Origin: Ignavibacteriota bacterium
GTDB lineage: Bacteria; Bacteroidota; Ignavibacteria; UBA10030
Length of the DNA: 64,000 nt
Reading direction: 5' to 3'
Assembly: GCA_963727825.1 (NCBI GenBank)
Contig: CAVSHO010000007.1
Location: 224,001-288,000, forward strand
The stretch's first letter is position 1; each line of letters begins with the position of its first letter. Both the position numbers and the translations under genes were made by a program. The notes below the pieces were generated by a model. The model saw only the letters and a program-made list of their open reading frames with translations, was not told the DNA's origin and did not search any database. This document shows positions 51,733 to 64,000 of the stretch, piece after piece.

Positions 51733-52719
51733 ATGAAGAAATCAATTCTCTCTATAGTTTGTGGGTTTTGTATTGTTAGCGCAGCGACAGTGAACGCACA
51801 ATTACTTCCCGTGTTAGGCGCTCAACGCGCTGGGACGGCGACTGCTGAATTTCTCAAAATCGGTGTTGGTGCTCGTGCCACTGCGATGGGAGAATCATTT
51901 GTAGCTGTCGCAAACGATGCATCAGCTCTCTATTGGAATCCTGCCGGTATAACACAATTCCAAACGAACGAAGTCTATTTTGCTCATACCGAATGGTTTA
52001 TGGATATCAAGCATGAATTTCTTGGAGCAGTATATCATCTCTCTTCTGCAGATGCTATCGGGTTGTCGGTAATCTCCTTGCATATGGATGACATGCCGGT
52101 TACGACAGAATTTGCACCATTCGGTAATGGCAATTATTTCACATTTGGTGATGTTGCCTTTGGCTTAAGCTATAGTCGAAAGTTAACTTCTCAATTTAGC
52201 TTTGGTGGTACTATACGCTATATTGACGAGACTATGGATGTATTGAAAATGCGCAGTGTCATGATAGATTTTGGGACATACTATTGGACAGGACTTGGTA
52301 CATCAAGGTTCTCTGCAGTGGTGACGAATTTTGGAAATCGAATGTCGCCAAGCGGCTCTTTGACTCTCAATAGCGGTCAGATAGTGAATCAATTTCAAGA
52401 ATTTTCTCCGCCAACAATATTTAAATTTGGATTTGCGTTTGAGCCGATTATGGATGATAAAAATATGCTAACCACATCGATTCAACTCAACCACCCAAAT
52501 GATAATTCTGAAAATATTTGCTTAGGTGCTGAGTATAACTTGCTAAAAACATTTTTTCTGCGCGCCGGATACAAACTGAATGTTGAGGAACAGTCCTTCT
52601 CTTATGGTGCAGGCGTTGCCACATCAATAGAAGGTGTTAACATTAACTTTGATTACGGATATGCAGCATTTACAGATCTTGGCGGAGTACACCGTATTTC
52701 CATAATTGTGAAGATATGA
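51733..52719 (+). CDS. PorV/PorQ family outer membrane protein
   Basis: FLKIGVGARATAMGE..ANDASALYWNPAG..FLRAGY..DYGY..LGGVHRISI. Confidence 0.88.
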   Translation: MKKSILSIVCGFCIVSAATVNAQLLPVLGAQRAGTATAEFLKIGVGARATAMGESFVAVANDASALYWNPAGITQFQTNEVYFAHTEWFMDIKHEFLGAVYHLSSADAIGLSVISLHMDDMPVTTEFAPFGNGNYFTFGDVAFGLSYSRKLTSQFSFGGTIRYIDETMDVLKMRSVMIDFGTYYWTGLGTSRFSAVVTNFGNRMSPSGSLTLNSGQIVNQFQEFSPPTIFKFGFAFEPIMDDKNMLTTSIQLNHPNDNSENICLGAEYNLLKTFFLRAGYKLNVEEQSFSYGAGVATSIEGVNINFDYGYAAFTDLGGVHRISIIVKI

Positions 52720-53825
52720 AAATAATATTTTCCATTGGTATTATTACTATTGTTTTATCTCTTGTTGCATGTCAGGTAGACAAGTATCCTGTCGAAAGTC
52801 TCCCTCAATCCCAAGCCAATACAAGTGTAATCTCAGAGACAACTTATGTCCAACAGAAACCTGATTGGGATTGGCAGGGCTTTAATAAGCCACAAGGTAT
52901 CATTGTAGGTAATGAACCGTTTATTTATGTGGCTGATACTTATAATGATCGGATCGTGATGATGGATATCGCAGGTCGAGTCATTGGCTATTCGCAATTT
53001 ATAAATCGACCTGTTGCACTTGCGCAAGATAGACGACTCCAATTGCTTGTCTGTGCCAGCTTCGACACTCTACTATCTGGCCACATTGCACCAACGACAT
53101 TTGGTGCACTCTATCGGTTGAATTTGCCAGCGGTGAATCATTCCATCTCTATGGCGACACCGAATCGAGTATTCTTTGAACCATCCGATTCTACAAGACG
53201 TTATACAGCGGTTGCAACACTCTATAATGATCAATACTATGTTGCTCGTACCGGCCCTAAAAATGATCTTACATTGATTGACCGAGATGATGCAATTATC
53301 CTATTCTCGAAAAACGACGGTCTTATCACCCCGGTTACGACAGGTTTTTCTCCAGATGGGACTGGTTTACTCTCGATTCACTACGCAACATGTCTTGCTA
53401 CATTGCCTTCTGGGACTAATCAAGACTTTATCTTTGGACAAGTCGAAGTGCCGGGTGGAGTTATTCCTCTTATAAAAGTGCAGTGGATTCAACTAACTGT
53501 GCAAGGACAAACAGAGGGCTATGCTTCTAAATATGCCAGCATTGATCCCGACGTCGGCATAACACAGATCAATAAATTTATGCAACCGAGAGGTGTGGCG
53601 GTTGATCCCTCAAATAATCTGTTTGTGGTCGATTCCGGTACTGACAGTCTTTACAGATTTAACACTCGAGGGATAGAACAATATTCTTTCGGTGGACACA
53701 ACGACAAATACGGAAGAAACTTGGTTGAACCCTACGGTGTCGCTTGGTATAATTATACGATCTATATTGTAGATAGGGGGAGTAACAGGATCTGCAGGTT
53801 TAAACTTTCTACTGATTTGGAATAA
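52716..53825 (+). CDS. NHL-repeat beta-propeller lipoprotein
   Basis: Lipobox SLVAC; FNKPQGI..IYVADTYNDRI; FMQPRGVAVD; EPYGVA..IYIVDRGSNRI. Confidence 0.8.
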   Translation: MKIIFSIGIITIVLSLVACQVDKYPVESLPQSQANTSVISETTYVQQKPDWDWQGFNKPQGIIVGNEPFIYVADTYNDRIVMMDIAGRVIGYSQFINRPVALAQDRRLQLLVCASFDTLLSGHIAPTTFGALYRLNLPAVNHSISMATPNRVFFEPSDSTRRYTAVATLYNDQYYVARTGPKNDLTLIDRDDAIILFSKNDGLITPVTTGFSPDGTGLLSIHYATCLATLPSGTNQDFIFGQVEVPGGVIPLIKVQWIQLTVQGQTEGYASKYASIDPDVGITQINKFMQPRGVAVDPSNNLFVVDSGTDSLYRFNTRGIEQYSFGGHNDKYGRNLVEPYGVAWYNYTIYIVDRGSNRICRFKLSTDLE

Positions 53826-54160
53826 AACAAAGTATAATTTACATAACTAAGACGTCAATATGATGCCTTTGTTATGTACGCGGGATTTAATAAAAAGGCA
53901 AATATAAGAAGGATCTTATTTTATATCCGTGAAAATCAGGTTTAAAACTGTTCTTCGCTGTTTCAAGATTACAGCATCAGCTCTACCGGCTTCACTATCA
54001 GAATTTTATGCTCAAGAACAATCGGTCCTTTCTTTACAACCGGCCTTTTTACGATGGAGCCAATCGCGTGTATTGCACCTTCCGGCGTAATGAATATAGA
54101 CAGCTTGCCTTTCAAGCGAGCGTTTATTAATTTCATTTATATAATTATTTAACACACCTG

Positions 54161-54700
54161 ATGCCTCGATTTAAAGTAGACGAAATACGCAATAGATTTG
54201 CCAACGGCAAAGATTTTAATGAAATCTTCGATGCCTTTGAAGATGCGCTGATCCAAGGTATTCAAGATGTCGAACTTTATCGGCTACTCTTCTGGAACTC
54301 TGCACTCTGTCCCGATGAATTGTGCCTCTTTGGTGAAAAACTTGCCAAGGAATTTCCAAATCTTGCTTATGAGACATATATGTGGTTGGCAAGTGTGTTC
54401 GAGGCAACATATTCCTTGTCTGATAACTTTGAACTGGCTATGCAATACTATCGTAAAGCGGCAGCGGTGAAGCCGCAAGAAGTTCAGCCATATCTTGATG
54501 CCGCCGACTGTCATGATCCGGAACTTAACATTCCGCCATTATATTGGCTTGTAGAGTTTTTAAAGTTAGGCATCAATCTTGTAAAAGATAAGAAAACGCT
54601 TCTACATAGATTGTCGTATCTCTACCAGATGCATGGAGATCAGAAGCAGTCAGATTTTTACAGAACTCTCGCTGATGATCTCGGACGCAATCAAAACTAA
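54161..54700 (+). CDS. Hypothetical helical (TPR-like) protein
   Basis: 179-aa ORF with a TPR-like segment (LAMQYYRKAAAVKP). Confidence 0.7.
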   Translation: MPRFKVDEIRNRFANGKDFNEIFDAFEDALIQGIQDVELYRLLFWNSALCPDELCLFGEKLAKEFPNLAYETYMWLASVFEATYSLSDNFELAMQYYRKAAAVKPQEVQPYLDAADCHDPELNIPPLYWLVEFLKLGINLVKDKKTLLHRLSYLYQMHGDQKQSDFYRTLADDLGRNQN

Positions 54701-55631
54701 TACAACTAATCACCGTTCGCACGCACTACGCGGATTCATTCTCTTGATGATTGCCGTACTTTTCTGGGGAAGTTCGGCGCCGATAGGAAAATATCTCATT
54801 GTAACGCGCTTTGATACACTTATCTTAGCCCAGACACGTACATCGCTGACCTTCATACTTTTTCTTTTCTTTTTTCTTCTTACGGATCGAAGTATATTTA
54901 AAATTGATTTTAAGGATTTTTGGAAATTTGGAATATTAGGTGTGGTAGGCATTTCAATGACAAATTATACTTATTATTTCACTGCGAAGGAATCATCGGT
55001 AGCAACGGCAATCCTTGTCCAATACACTGCGCCGGTTTGGGTTGTGCTGTATTCAGTGTTTGTAATTAAGGAGGATAAGCTTGATCGCATTACATTCATC
55101 TCGCTCGTCCTCGGGTTGATCGGCTGTTTCTTTGCAGTGACTGCCGGGTCTTTTCAAAGCTTAAATTTGAAAGGGTTGGCAATTATCACCGGGCCGACGT
55201 CGGCGTTCACATTTGCATATCAGATTGTTGCAACGAAGCAATTGCTGAAACGTTATTCCGTTTGGACAATATTAGTTTATATATTTGGCTTCTCTACTGT
55301 TTTCTGGCTGTGCATAAATCCACCTTGGGCTATTCTTGCGAAGAATTACATATACAGTGATTGGGAAATATTCTGGATGTTTGCTATTATATCTATCCTT
55401 ATACCTCAGACAGCATTCGCATCTGGATTAAAATTGCTGAATGCATCGACTGTCGGAATTGTAAGTATTCTGGAGCCGGTAATTGCAATTATTGCCGCAT
55501 TTCTAATTCTTGGTGAATCTCTTGGCGTTATACAAATATTCGGTGCGGTGTTGGTAGTAGCAGCAATTGGATTATTACAAGCGCATCCAATGTTAATGAA
55601 GAAAAATGATGGGGAACTGCCTATAACTTAG
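54675..55631 (+). CDS. EamA/DMT family transporter
   Basis: FWGSS, ATAILVQYTAP, ILEPVIA..FLILGE; about 10 TMs; start approximate. Confidence 0.9.
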   Translation: MISDAIKTNTTNHRSHALRGFILLMIAVLFWGSSAPIGKYLIVTRFDTLILAQTRTSLTFILFLFFFLLTDRSIFKIDFKDFWKFGILGVVGISMTNYTYYFTAKESSVATAILVQYTAPVWVVLYSVFVIKEDKLDRITFISLVLGLIGCFFAVTAGSFQSLNLKGLAIITGPTSAFTFAYQIVATKQLLKRYSVWTILVYIFGFSTVFWLCINPPWAILAKNYIYSDWEIFWMFAIISILIPQTAFASGLKLLNASTVGIVSILEPVIAIIAAFLILGESLGVIQIFGAVLVVAAIGLLQAHPMLMKKNDGELPIT

Positions 55632-55642
55632 GCAAATGTAAA

Positions 55643-56227
55643 ATGAGAACAGAGCGTCGTTTGAATCGTTTAGAGCAGGTGTTGCGGCATCGTCAACCAG
55701 ATATAACAGTAGTAATGGAAAATATTCATGATCCGCATAATGTCAGTGCGGTGCTTCGTTCATGCGATGCAGCTGGAGTGATGGAAGTACAATTAATCTA
55801 TACGGAAACGGATTTTCCAAATATTGGCAAAAAAAGCTCGGCAAGCGCAAAAAAATGGGTCGAACTGCGGCAATTCAAGAATGTGAAAGATTGTTATAAA
55901 AAGCTGCATGAGGAAGGTTTTACGATTTTTGCAACTCACCTGGAAGAAGAAGCCAAGTCATTGTTCGAAATCAATATGACGAAAAAAGTAGCGATTGTTG
56001 TGGGGAATGAACATAAAGGAGTATCATTGGAAGCGGCGCAGAATGCAGATGGTATTCTCCAGATTCCAATGTTTGGAATGATTCAAAGTTTGAATGTCTC
56101 TGTTGCAACAGCAGTCATTCTCTTTGAAGCCGTCCGCCAGAGAATTGCCTCTGGACAGTATAATGAATCAAAGTACTCAAAAACAGAATTAGCGAAGCTC
56201 CTAAGGATTTGGGCTATGAAACAATGA
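55643..56227 (+). CDS. trmH: tRNA (guanosine-2'-O)-methyltransferase, SpoU/TrmH family
   Basis: DPHNVSAVLRSCDA, VGNEHKGVS, IPMFGMIQSLNVSVA. Confidence 0.92.
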   Translation: MRTERRLNRLEQVLRHRQPDITVVMENIHDPHNVSAVLRSCDAAGVMEVQLIYTETDFPNIGKKSSASAKKWVELRQFKNVKDCYKKLHEEGFTIFATHLEEEAKSLFEINMTKKVAIVVGNEHKGVSLEAAQNADGILQIPMFGMIQSLNVSVATAVILFEAVRQRIASGQYNESKYSKTELAKLLRIWAMKQ

Positions 56228-56252
56228 GCAACGCATTACTAACGACAAACAA

Positions 56253-56927
56253 ATGAACATTCGCCCAGATATTGCAGAATTTATTGTCAAACTTGAGGTA
56301 TTCGGTAAAAGAAAACTTAACTATCCTTTGGAGGTTTCAGAATTACTTCAGACCGCTGTTCAGAATGGATTGATAAGTGAATTTGAAGAATTGATCTTTC
56401 AAGCGAAGTTTTTGACGCGGACTCAGGATGTAATGAAACAAATCGGTAATGAAGCGCAAGGCTTCGAAAAGCTTTCAATGGAATTTCATTCGGGTGTAGA
56501 AAAATCAATCAATTTGTTGAAAATACTTGTTGGAAAAGTACCAACAGATATTTCGCAGAAATATTTAGACACTTTCTGTGCAATGGAAACCGAAAGCTTT
56601 GCTCATTTGATGAAGTTGCACTCTGATTTGAGTTGGATAAAGAATTGGCAAATAGACGGGAAACTACTCCCTTATGAGACAAAATCATTAAAAATAAATG
56701 CTATTCACGAAAATGCAAATCAGAAAACAATAAGAAATAATGGGAATAACAAATCGATAAAATCACTTTCTCGAATTCAACGAAGTGCGATAATTACTGC
56801 GATCCTATTAGTATTATTTCTTCTTATTGATCCACCAGTAACAATTCTCGGTTGGATACTTTCATTAGGGATTGCGGCATTGCTTGCATATATTGTCATC
56901 CAGATATTATTCTTAACTAAAAAATAA
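56253..56927 (+). CDS. Hypothetical protein with two C-terminal TM helices
   Basis: 224-aa ORF within the operon; hydrophobic tail. Confidence 0.7.
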   Translation: MNIRPDIAEFIVKLEVFGKRKLNYPLEVSELLQTAVQNGLISEFEELIFQAKFLTRTQDVMKQIGNEAQGFEKLSMEFHSGVEKSINLLKILVGKVPTDISQKYLDTFCAMETESFAHLMKLHSDLSWIKNWQIDGKLLPYETKSLKINAIHENANQKTIRNNGNNKSIKSLSRIQRSAIITAILLVLFLLIDPPVTILGWILSLGIAALLAYIVIQILFLTKK

Positions 56928-56950
56928 AACTCTCATTGAATAGAATCCGA

Positions 56951-58213
56951 ATGAAATATAAATTTTCTTTATTAATATTTATCGTCTTATTATTCACAAC
57001 TCAATTGTTTTCTGCGGCTCCGACGGTGAAACTGGGAATTGATGTGTTGCGCGAACGCGGTTTTGATATCCTAAAAGGCAAACGAGTCGGTCTAATTACT
57101 AATGCTACTGGAATTACTTCCGATTTGCAAAGCACAGTTGATGTATTGTTCAATTATCCCGGGGTGAAACTTGTTGCGCTCTTCAGCCCGGAGCATGGTG
57201 TGCGCGGTGATGGAGATGCAGGGAAAGAAATAAACGGCTTCAACGATGTAAGAACAGGATTACCGGTGTATTCTCTCTATGGTAAAACGCGAAAGCCGAC
57301 AAAGGAAATGCTGCAAGGTATTGATGTGCTTGTGTATGATATCCAGGATATTGGAGTGCGTTCGTACACTTACATCTCAACAATGGGATTGGCGATGGAA
57401 GCTGCAGCTGAAAATGGAATTAGGTTTATTGTTCTTGATCGACCGGATCCATTGACCGGCGAGCGAGTGGAAGGCGCGATGTTAGATCCAAAATTTAAAT
57501 CGTTTATAGGCGAGTATCCAATTCCTTATGTCTATGGAATGACTGCGGGTGAATTAGCGCAGATGATAAATGGAGAACAATGGCTTGATAACGGCGGTTT
57601 ATCTCGTGAAGCAAGTAAATGCGATTTAACTGTCGTGGCGATGAAAGGGTGGAAACGATCTATGTGGTGGGATGAAACCGGCTTAACTTGGGTTCCGACA
57701 TCCCCGCATATTCCGCATTCATTTACTACGATCTTTGCCGTACTCACAGGGCTTCTGGGGGAACTCGGTACAGCAAATCAAGGTGTCGGGTATACGCTGC
57801 CGTTTGAATTGGTCGGTGCCCCATGGATCGACGGGTATGCTCTTGCTCGCTATCTGAACAATCTCAATTTGCCCGGTGTACAGTTCCGTCCAATTTCGTA
57901 TATCCCATTCTATAAAGATACAACAGGGCTTCGGTACAAAGGCGTGCAGATACACATCATCGATCGGGCGACACTAAATATGACTCAAGTGCAGATTGCA
58001 ATTCTTGAAGCTCTGCTTCATCTTTTTCCGGATAATAATATTTTTGATCGCGCCAAACCGGATAGAATCAATTCATTTGATAAAGCTGTTGGAACGGATG
58101 ATATCCGTCGCTCACTTCAGAATAGAACTTCAGTTGAAGAAATCCTTCATAAGATCGATCAGTTACGAGCACAATTTATGGCAAAACGGGAGAAATATCT
58201 TTTATATAAATAA
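56951..58213 (+). CDS. namZ: Exo-beta-N-acetylmuramidase NamZ family (DUF1343)
   Basis: GLITNATG, LFSPEHG, YDIQDIGVRSYTY, LDRPDP, WVPTSPHIP. Confidence 0.9.
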   Translation: MKYKFSLLIFIVLLFTTQLFSAAPTVKLGIDVLRERGFDILKGKRVGLITNATGITSDLQSTVDVLFNYPGVKLVALFSPEHGVRGDGDAGKEINGFNDVRTGLPVYSLYGKTRKPTKEMLQGIDVLVYDIQDIGVRSYTYISTMGLAMEAAAENGIRFIVLDRPDPLTGERVEGAMLDPKFKSFIGEYPIPYVYGMTAGELAQMINGEQWLDNGGLSREASKCDLTVVAMKGWKRSMWWDETGLTWVPTSPHIPHSFTTIFAVLTGLLGELGTANQGVGYTLPFELVGAPWIDGYALARYLNNLNLPGVQFRPISYIPFYKDTTGLRYKGVQIHIIDRATLNMTQVQIAILEALLHLFPDNNIFDRAKPDRINSFDKAVGTDDIRRSLQNRTSVEEILHKIDQLRAQFMAKREKYLLYK

Positions 58214-58518
58214 CTAAAAGTGCTATTAGAATATTAATATTACTTGTTTGAGTTATTGTTAGCGGAAAAATTCCTTTCAAGCCATTGCATTTCGAGCAAG
58301 GCTTTCATATTTTAAGAATGAATTCAATATGAACACTCAGATAAATATGAGTCCATGGAGCAAATTGAAACAGGTCGTTCAGACCTGAAAGCCCAAGTTT
58401 GTTTTCTTCCCCCGCTTTCTACGGAATACGAGTCCCCCGCACCATCTTCAAAATTAAATCATCACTGGCATCGGCTTAAAGGAAATGTTTTCAAAGACAT
58501 TATCGATAGAAGGAGTGT

Positions 58519-59232
58519 GTGTTGTTTTTAACAATTGCGAAATTAATTATTCTATTTCCTATTTCATTAGTACTATCATTATTAGCATTGGTATGTATCC
58601 CATTTGATAGGAAAGGAGATTTCTTTCGTTGGTGTCCTTGGATGTGGTCAAAATGCATTCTATGGACTTTTGGCATTAAAGTTAACGTGAAGGGGATTGA
58701 AAATATTGATTCCAATCAGCCTTACATTTTCGTATCGAACCATGCCAGCATGGCTGATATCCCAACTGTAATGGTGGCTTTAAATGGCAAAGTGAATATT
58801 GTATTTAAGAAAGAATTAACTTGGGTGCCTATATGGGGCTGGGCGTTGCGCTATGGACATTTTATTATGATTGATCGCTCAAATCCACGGGATGCACTGG
58901 CAAGTATCGAACGGGCGGTGCAAACTATTCGCGGCGGTCAATCGGTTATCTTGTTTCCGGAGGGAACACGGACAAGAAATGGCAGACTGCAACCATTCAA
59001 GCGCGGAGCATTCACGTTGGCGGCGAAATCGGGAGTTCCAGTAGTGCCGATGACTATCAATAATACTTTTGGAATTATGCCGAAAGGGTCTTTCAACGTT
59101 AAACGGGCGGATATTTCAGTTTTATTGGAAAAACCAATTTCTACTGACAAACTTGAAAACAAAGCCGATGAATTGGAATTGATGGACCAAGTACATAAAG
59201 CAATCGAAAAAAATTATATTGATCAATCATGA
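58519..59232 (+). CDS. plsC: 1-acyl-sn-glycerol-3-phosphate acyltransferase
   Basis: SNHASMAD, FPEGTR. Confidence 0.92.
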   Translation: MLFLTIAKLIILFPISLVLSLLALVCIPFDRKGDFFRWCPWMWSKCILWTFGIKVNVKGIENIDSNQPYIFVSNHASMADIPTVMVALNGKVNIVFKKELTWVPIWGWALRYGHFIMIDRSNPRDALASIERAVQTIRGGQSVILFPEGTRTRNGRLQPFKRGAFTLAAKSGVPVVPMTINNTFGIMPKGSFNVKRADISVLLEKPISTDKLENKADELELMDQVHKAIEKNYIDQS

Positions 59233-59240
59233 GATGATAT

Positions 59241-59536
59241 ATGGCAGTAACGATAAAGGATGTTGAACACATAGCTAAACTTGCGAATTTGGAATTCACC
59301 GATGCAGAGAAGGAAAAGTTCACGCATCAGATGAACCAAATCTTGGCATACATGGAAAAATTAAACTCTTTAGACACAAGCAATGTTGAACCGCTTTCGC
59401 ATGTTATCGAACTCAGCAATGTGTTCCGTGTGGATGAGGTGAAACCCGGCGTATCAACTGAGGATGCTTTGAAGAATGCCCCGGCAAAGAATGAACAGTT
59501 TTTCAAAGTACCTAAAGTAATTAGCGAGAAATCCTG

Positions 59537-59537
<1 letters not shown>
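59241..59537 (+). CDS. gatC: Asp/Glu-tRNA amidotransferase subunit C
   Basis: VEHIAKLANL..LDTSNVEP..NAP..FFKVPKVI. Confidence 0.95.
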
Positions 59538-61965
<2,428 letters not shown>

Positions 61966-62166
61966 GTTCTCAAAAAATCTGCAAGAATAACATATAAAAA
62001 AATGTTGCAGATGTATCCTCAGGGAAATTTTAAACAAGTTGCCGAGAAAAAACTCGCGCTCCTGAAGTAAGGGAGAAAACTCAGGAGCGGAATTGATGTT
62101 TCAATAGATGACGCCTCCACCGAACATAATCGTGCAGAGACATAAGCTAAATTTATTTTGTTATAA

Positions 62167-62583
62167 TCATCTTAGGTGTAGCACCTTCATTGTCCGCAAC
62201 GAGTCGGGCGAAAATATATGCCCTGATAACAATTTCTGTCCGCTTGTTGTGTTGCTGCTCCATTCTACCCTATTATCACCAACTGGTTGATATTGGTTAA
62301 CAAGACGATTCACTTTATTAATCGTTACACCCAAACTGTTTGCTTGACTATAAGCGACCATCCAATGCGATTCGACAGTACGATCGCCATGTTCAAGTTC
62401 ACCTAATACAACATCGGACGAAGTGTGCAAAATGAATTGCATACCAGCAACCGCTTCGGAATTGGTAAGTTGAACTTCGGGAGTATTTATTGCAGTTCGC
62501 AACACAGCAAGATTATTGACGGCGTATGCTGTTGCCGCTGAGATTAGCAGGCATATTAAAATTTACTGGAATCTTTTTCTCAT
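62167..62583 (-). pseudogene. Decayed secreted protein with a T9SS-CTD-like remnant
   Basis: MRKRFQ*ILICLLISAATAYA (in-frame TAA at codon 7), a cohesin-like start, then LVNQYQPVG..VEW..SGQKLLSG, which resembles a CTD. Confidence 0.5.
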
Positions 62584-62886
62584 CTTCAGCTTAGTTAACC
62601 GTTATTCAATTTCTAATATAGAAGTTCACTCAATGTGCCAGTCGAAGAAAGGTCACTCTTTGAAAAGAAAAAACGAGAAAACGCCTAATAAGTAAGAGGA
62701 AAACGAAATAAGCGCAAATTCCCATAAAGGAAATAAATAATCTTCACTTTATAAGCTCTACAAAGTTTCTATATTTCTGGAATTCAAAAATGGCTAATCG
62801 GTTGATTTTTCACAATAAAGCAACGAACTGAAAGACACAAAAATTCGTTGCTTTGGTATAGTTTAGAAAAATATTGTTTATAAAAT

Positions 62887-63426
62887 CTATTTCTCTTTTC
62901 TAATGCGTGGTTTCGATGTCCGCGGCTTACGAGTTCGTACGTGTGCTCGCAATAGCGGCGGTTCTTGTTTGAACGGCTCTTCCAGAATTTTAACAGATGG
63001 CGGTGAAATAATAGAAGATTCAGCAGCTAAAAGCACTCTTTGATGCTCAATACGCTTCATTTGTAACAATTCTTTTCTAATGCGAATAGATGAAAATAGA
63101 AAAACGATATTCATTATACCAAGCAATGCCACGAGCGTGTAAAGCCAAATGAAATGAATAGTGCTCTCTGCGGACAATTTACGAGCTTGTAGTTGAAGCG
63201 TATCTAATTTCTTAATGATATTGGCATTTAACTGACTATTGGCTTGTGCAATTCCTTCGCTACTAGTACCGAGACTGTCTTCGTGATAAGGAGAGATGAC
63301 ATAGACCGGAATGGGCGGTTCTTTCACGTTGGAATTATCCTGAGCAAAGATTTTACAAAAATAAATGCCGCTTAAAGTGGTAACACATATTATTATTGAT
63401 ATAATGGATTTGAAATTCGTTTTCAT
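62887..63426 (-). CDS. Hypothetical membrane protein
   Basis: GAGG RBS, N-terminal signal, one internal TM, basic tail. Confidence 0.65.
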   Translation of the reverse strand: MKTNFKSIISIIICVTTLSGIYFCKIFAQDNSNVKEPPIPVYVISPYHEDSLGTSSEGIAQANSQLNANIIKKLDTLQLQARKLSAESTIHFIWLYTLVALLGIMNIVFLFSSIRIRKELLQMKRIEHQRVLLAAESSIISPPSVKILEEPFKQEPPLLRAHVRTRKPRTSKPRIRKEK

Positions 63427-63614
63427 AGCAGATTCCTCTTAACTTAACAAATACTGAGATTAAGTTAGGAAGACACTATGTCAAATGCAAACAGAAAGTA
63501 ATACTAACGTTCCCCATTTTATTAGCTGCTAAATTTGAATTTTATTTGCTCTTTGGCTATCTTTCTTCAGTATTTTATGCAGACTTATTATATTAATACG
63601 AAATAAACCACACC

Positions 63615-64000
63615 GTGACCCTGAATTCACAGCCGCCTATTCAATATATTAAGGGTGTTGGACCGAAACGCGCGGAGGCATTGGCGAAACTCGGCATCCA
63701 TAACATAAAAGATCTCTTCTCGTATTTTCCTCGCGGTTATCTGGATCGTAGTCAAATTGTACGTATTGCCGATTTGAAAAGCTATATCGGAAAAGGCGAG
63801 GCCGTTACAATTTTCGCTGAAGTGTATCGGCAAGAAGCGAGGCGTACCCGACGCAATAACAAACTAATGTTTATGCTTACAGTGAAAGATGAAAGCGGAT
63901 TTTTAACATGTGTCTGGTTTGAAGGATTTTATTGGCTGAAAGATGCATTTGAAGTTAGCGAGTTACTTGCGTTTTCTTCCATTCCAACTCTTGATAAACT
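63615..64000 (+). CDS. recG: ATP-dependent DNA helicase RecG (partial, 5' part)
   Basis: Manual translation from GTG 63615: ..IQYIKGVGPKRAEALAKLGIHNIKDLFSYFPRGYLDRS..VKDESGFLTCVWF. Confidence 0.9.
   Translation, partial: MTLNSQPPIQYIKGVGPKRAEALAKLGIHNIKDLFSYFPRGYLDRSQIVRIADLKSYIGKGEAVTIFAEVYRQEARRTRRNNKLMFMLTVKDESGFLTCVWFEGFYWLKDAFEVSELLAFSSIPTLDK

Noticed and set aside
58420-58445. tRNA 3'-end-like CGAGTCCCCCGCACCA (possible att site)
   Set aside because: No T-stem or acceptor pairing and no partner copy seen.

Overview
Bacterial chromosomal window. The gene repertoire (T9SS C-terminal-domain proteins, a PorV paralog, a TonB-dependent receptor, type 2 IleRS, DivIVA, sigma70-like promoters) suggests Ignavibacteria or a related FCB-group lineage; this is an inference. 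Most of the window is housekeeping: aroE, yggS-divIVA-punA-ileS-dksA-lspA-rluD, phoH, mazG, tRNA-Ala, SRP RNA, rng-tal-gcvT-comB-ftsK-lolA, uppP-PPIase-holA-mltD, trmH, namZ, plsC-gatC-kdsB-pyrG and recG. Two regions stand out. (1) An accessory patchwork at about 13.0-25.1 kb with no integrase. It holds two REP-associated HUH (RAYT-like) transposases, a DUF559 nuclease bracketed by inverted hairpins, a disrupted ORF6N gene, a type II R-M pair, a 21-bp tandem array, five perfect 28-bp GTAG palindromes, and three different ~95-120 bp direct repeats, each flanking a single gene. (2) A six-gene operon at 42.9-53.8 kb: TonB receptor, PorV paralog, two T9SS cargo proteins (one with OB folds) and two lipoproteins, but no SusD. 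Single-base frameshifts in yggS, ileS, mltD and the restriction enzyme suggest indel errors in the assembly. All calls come from reading the sequence by eye; no database searches were run.
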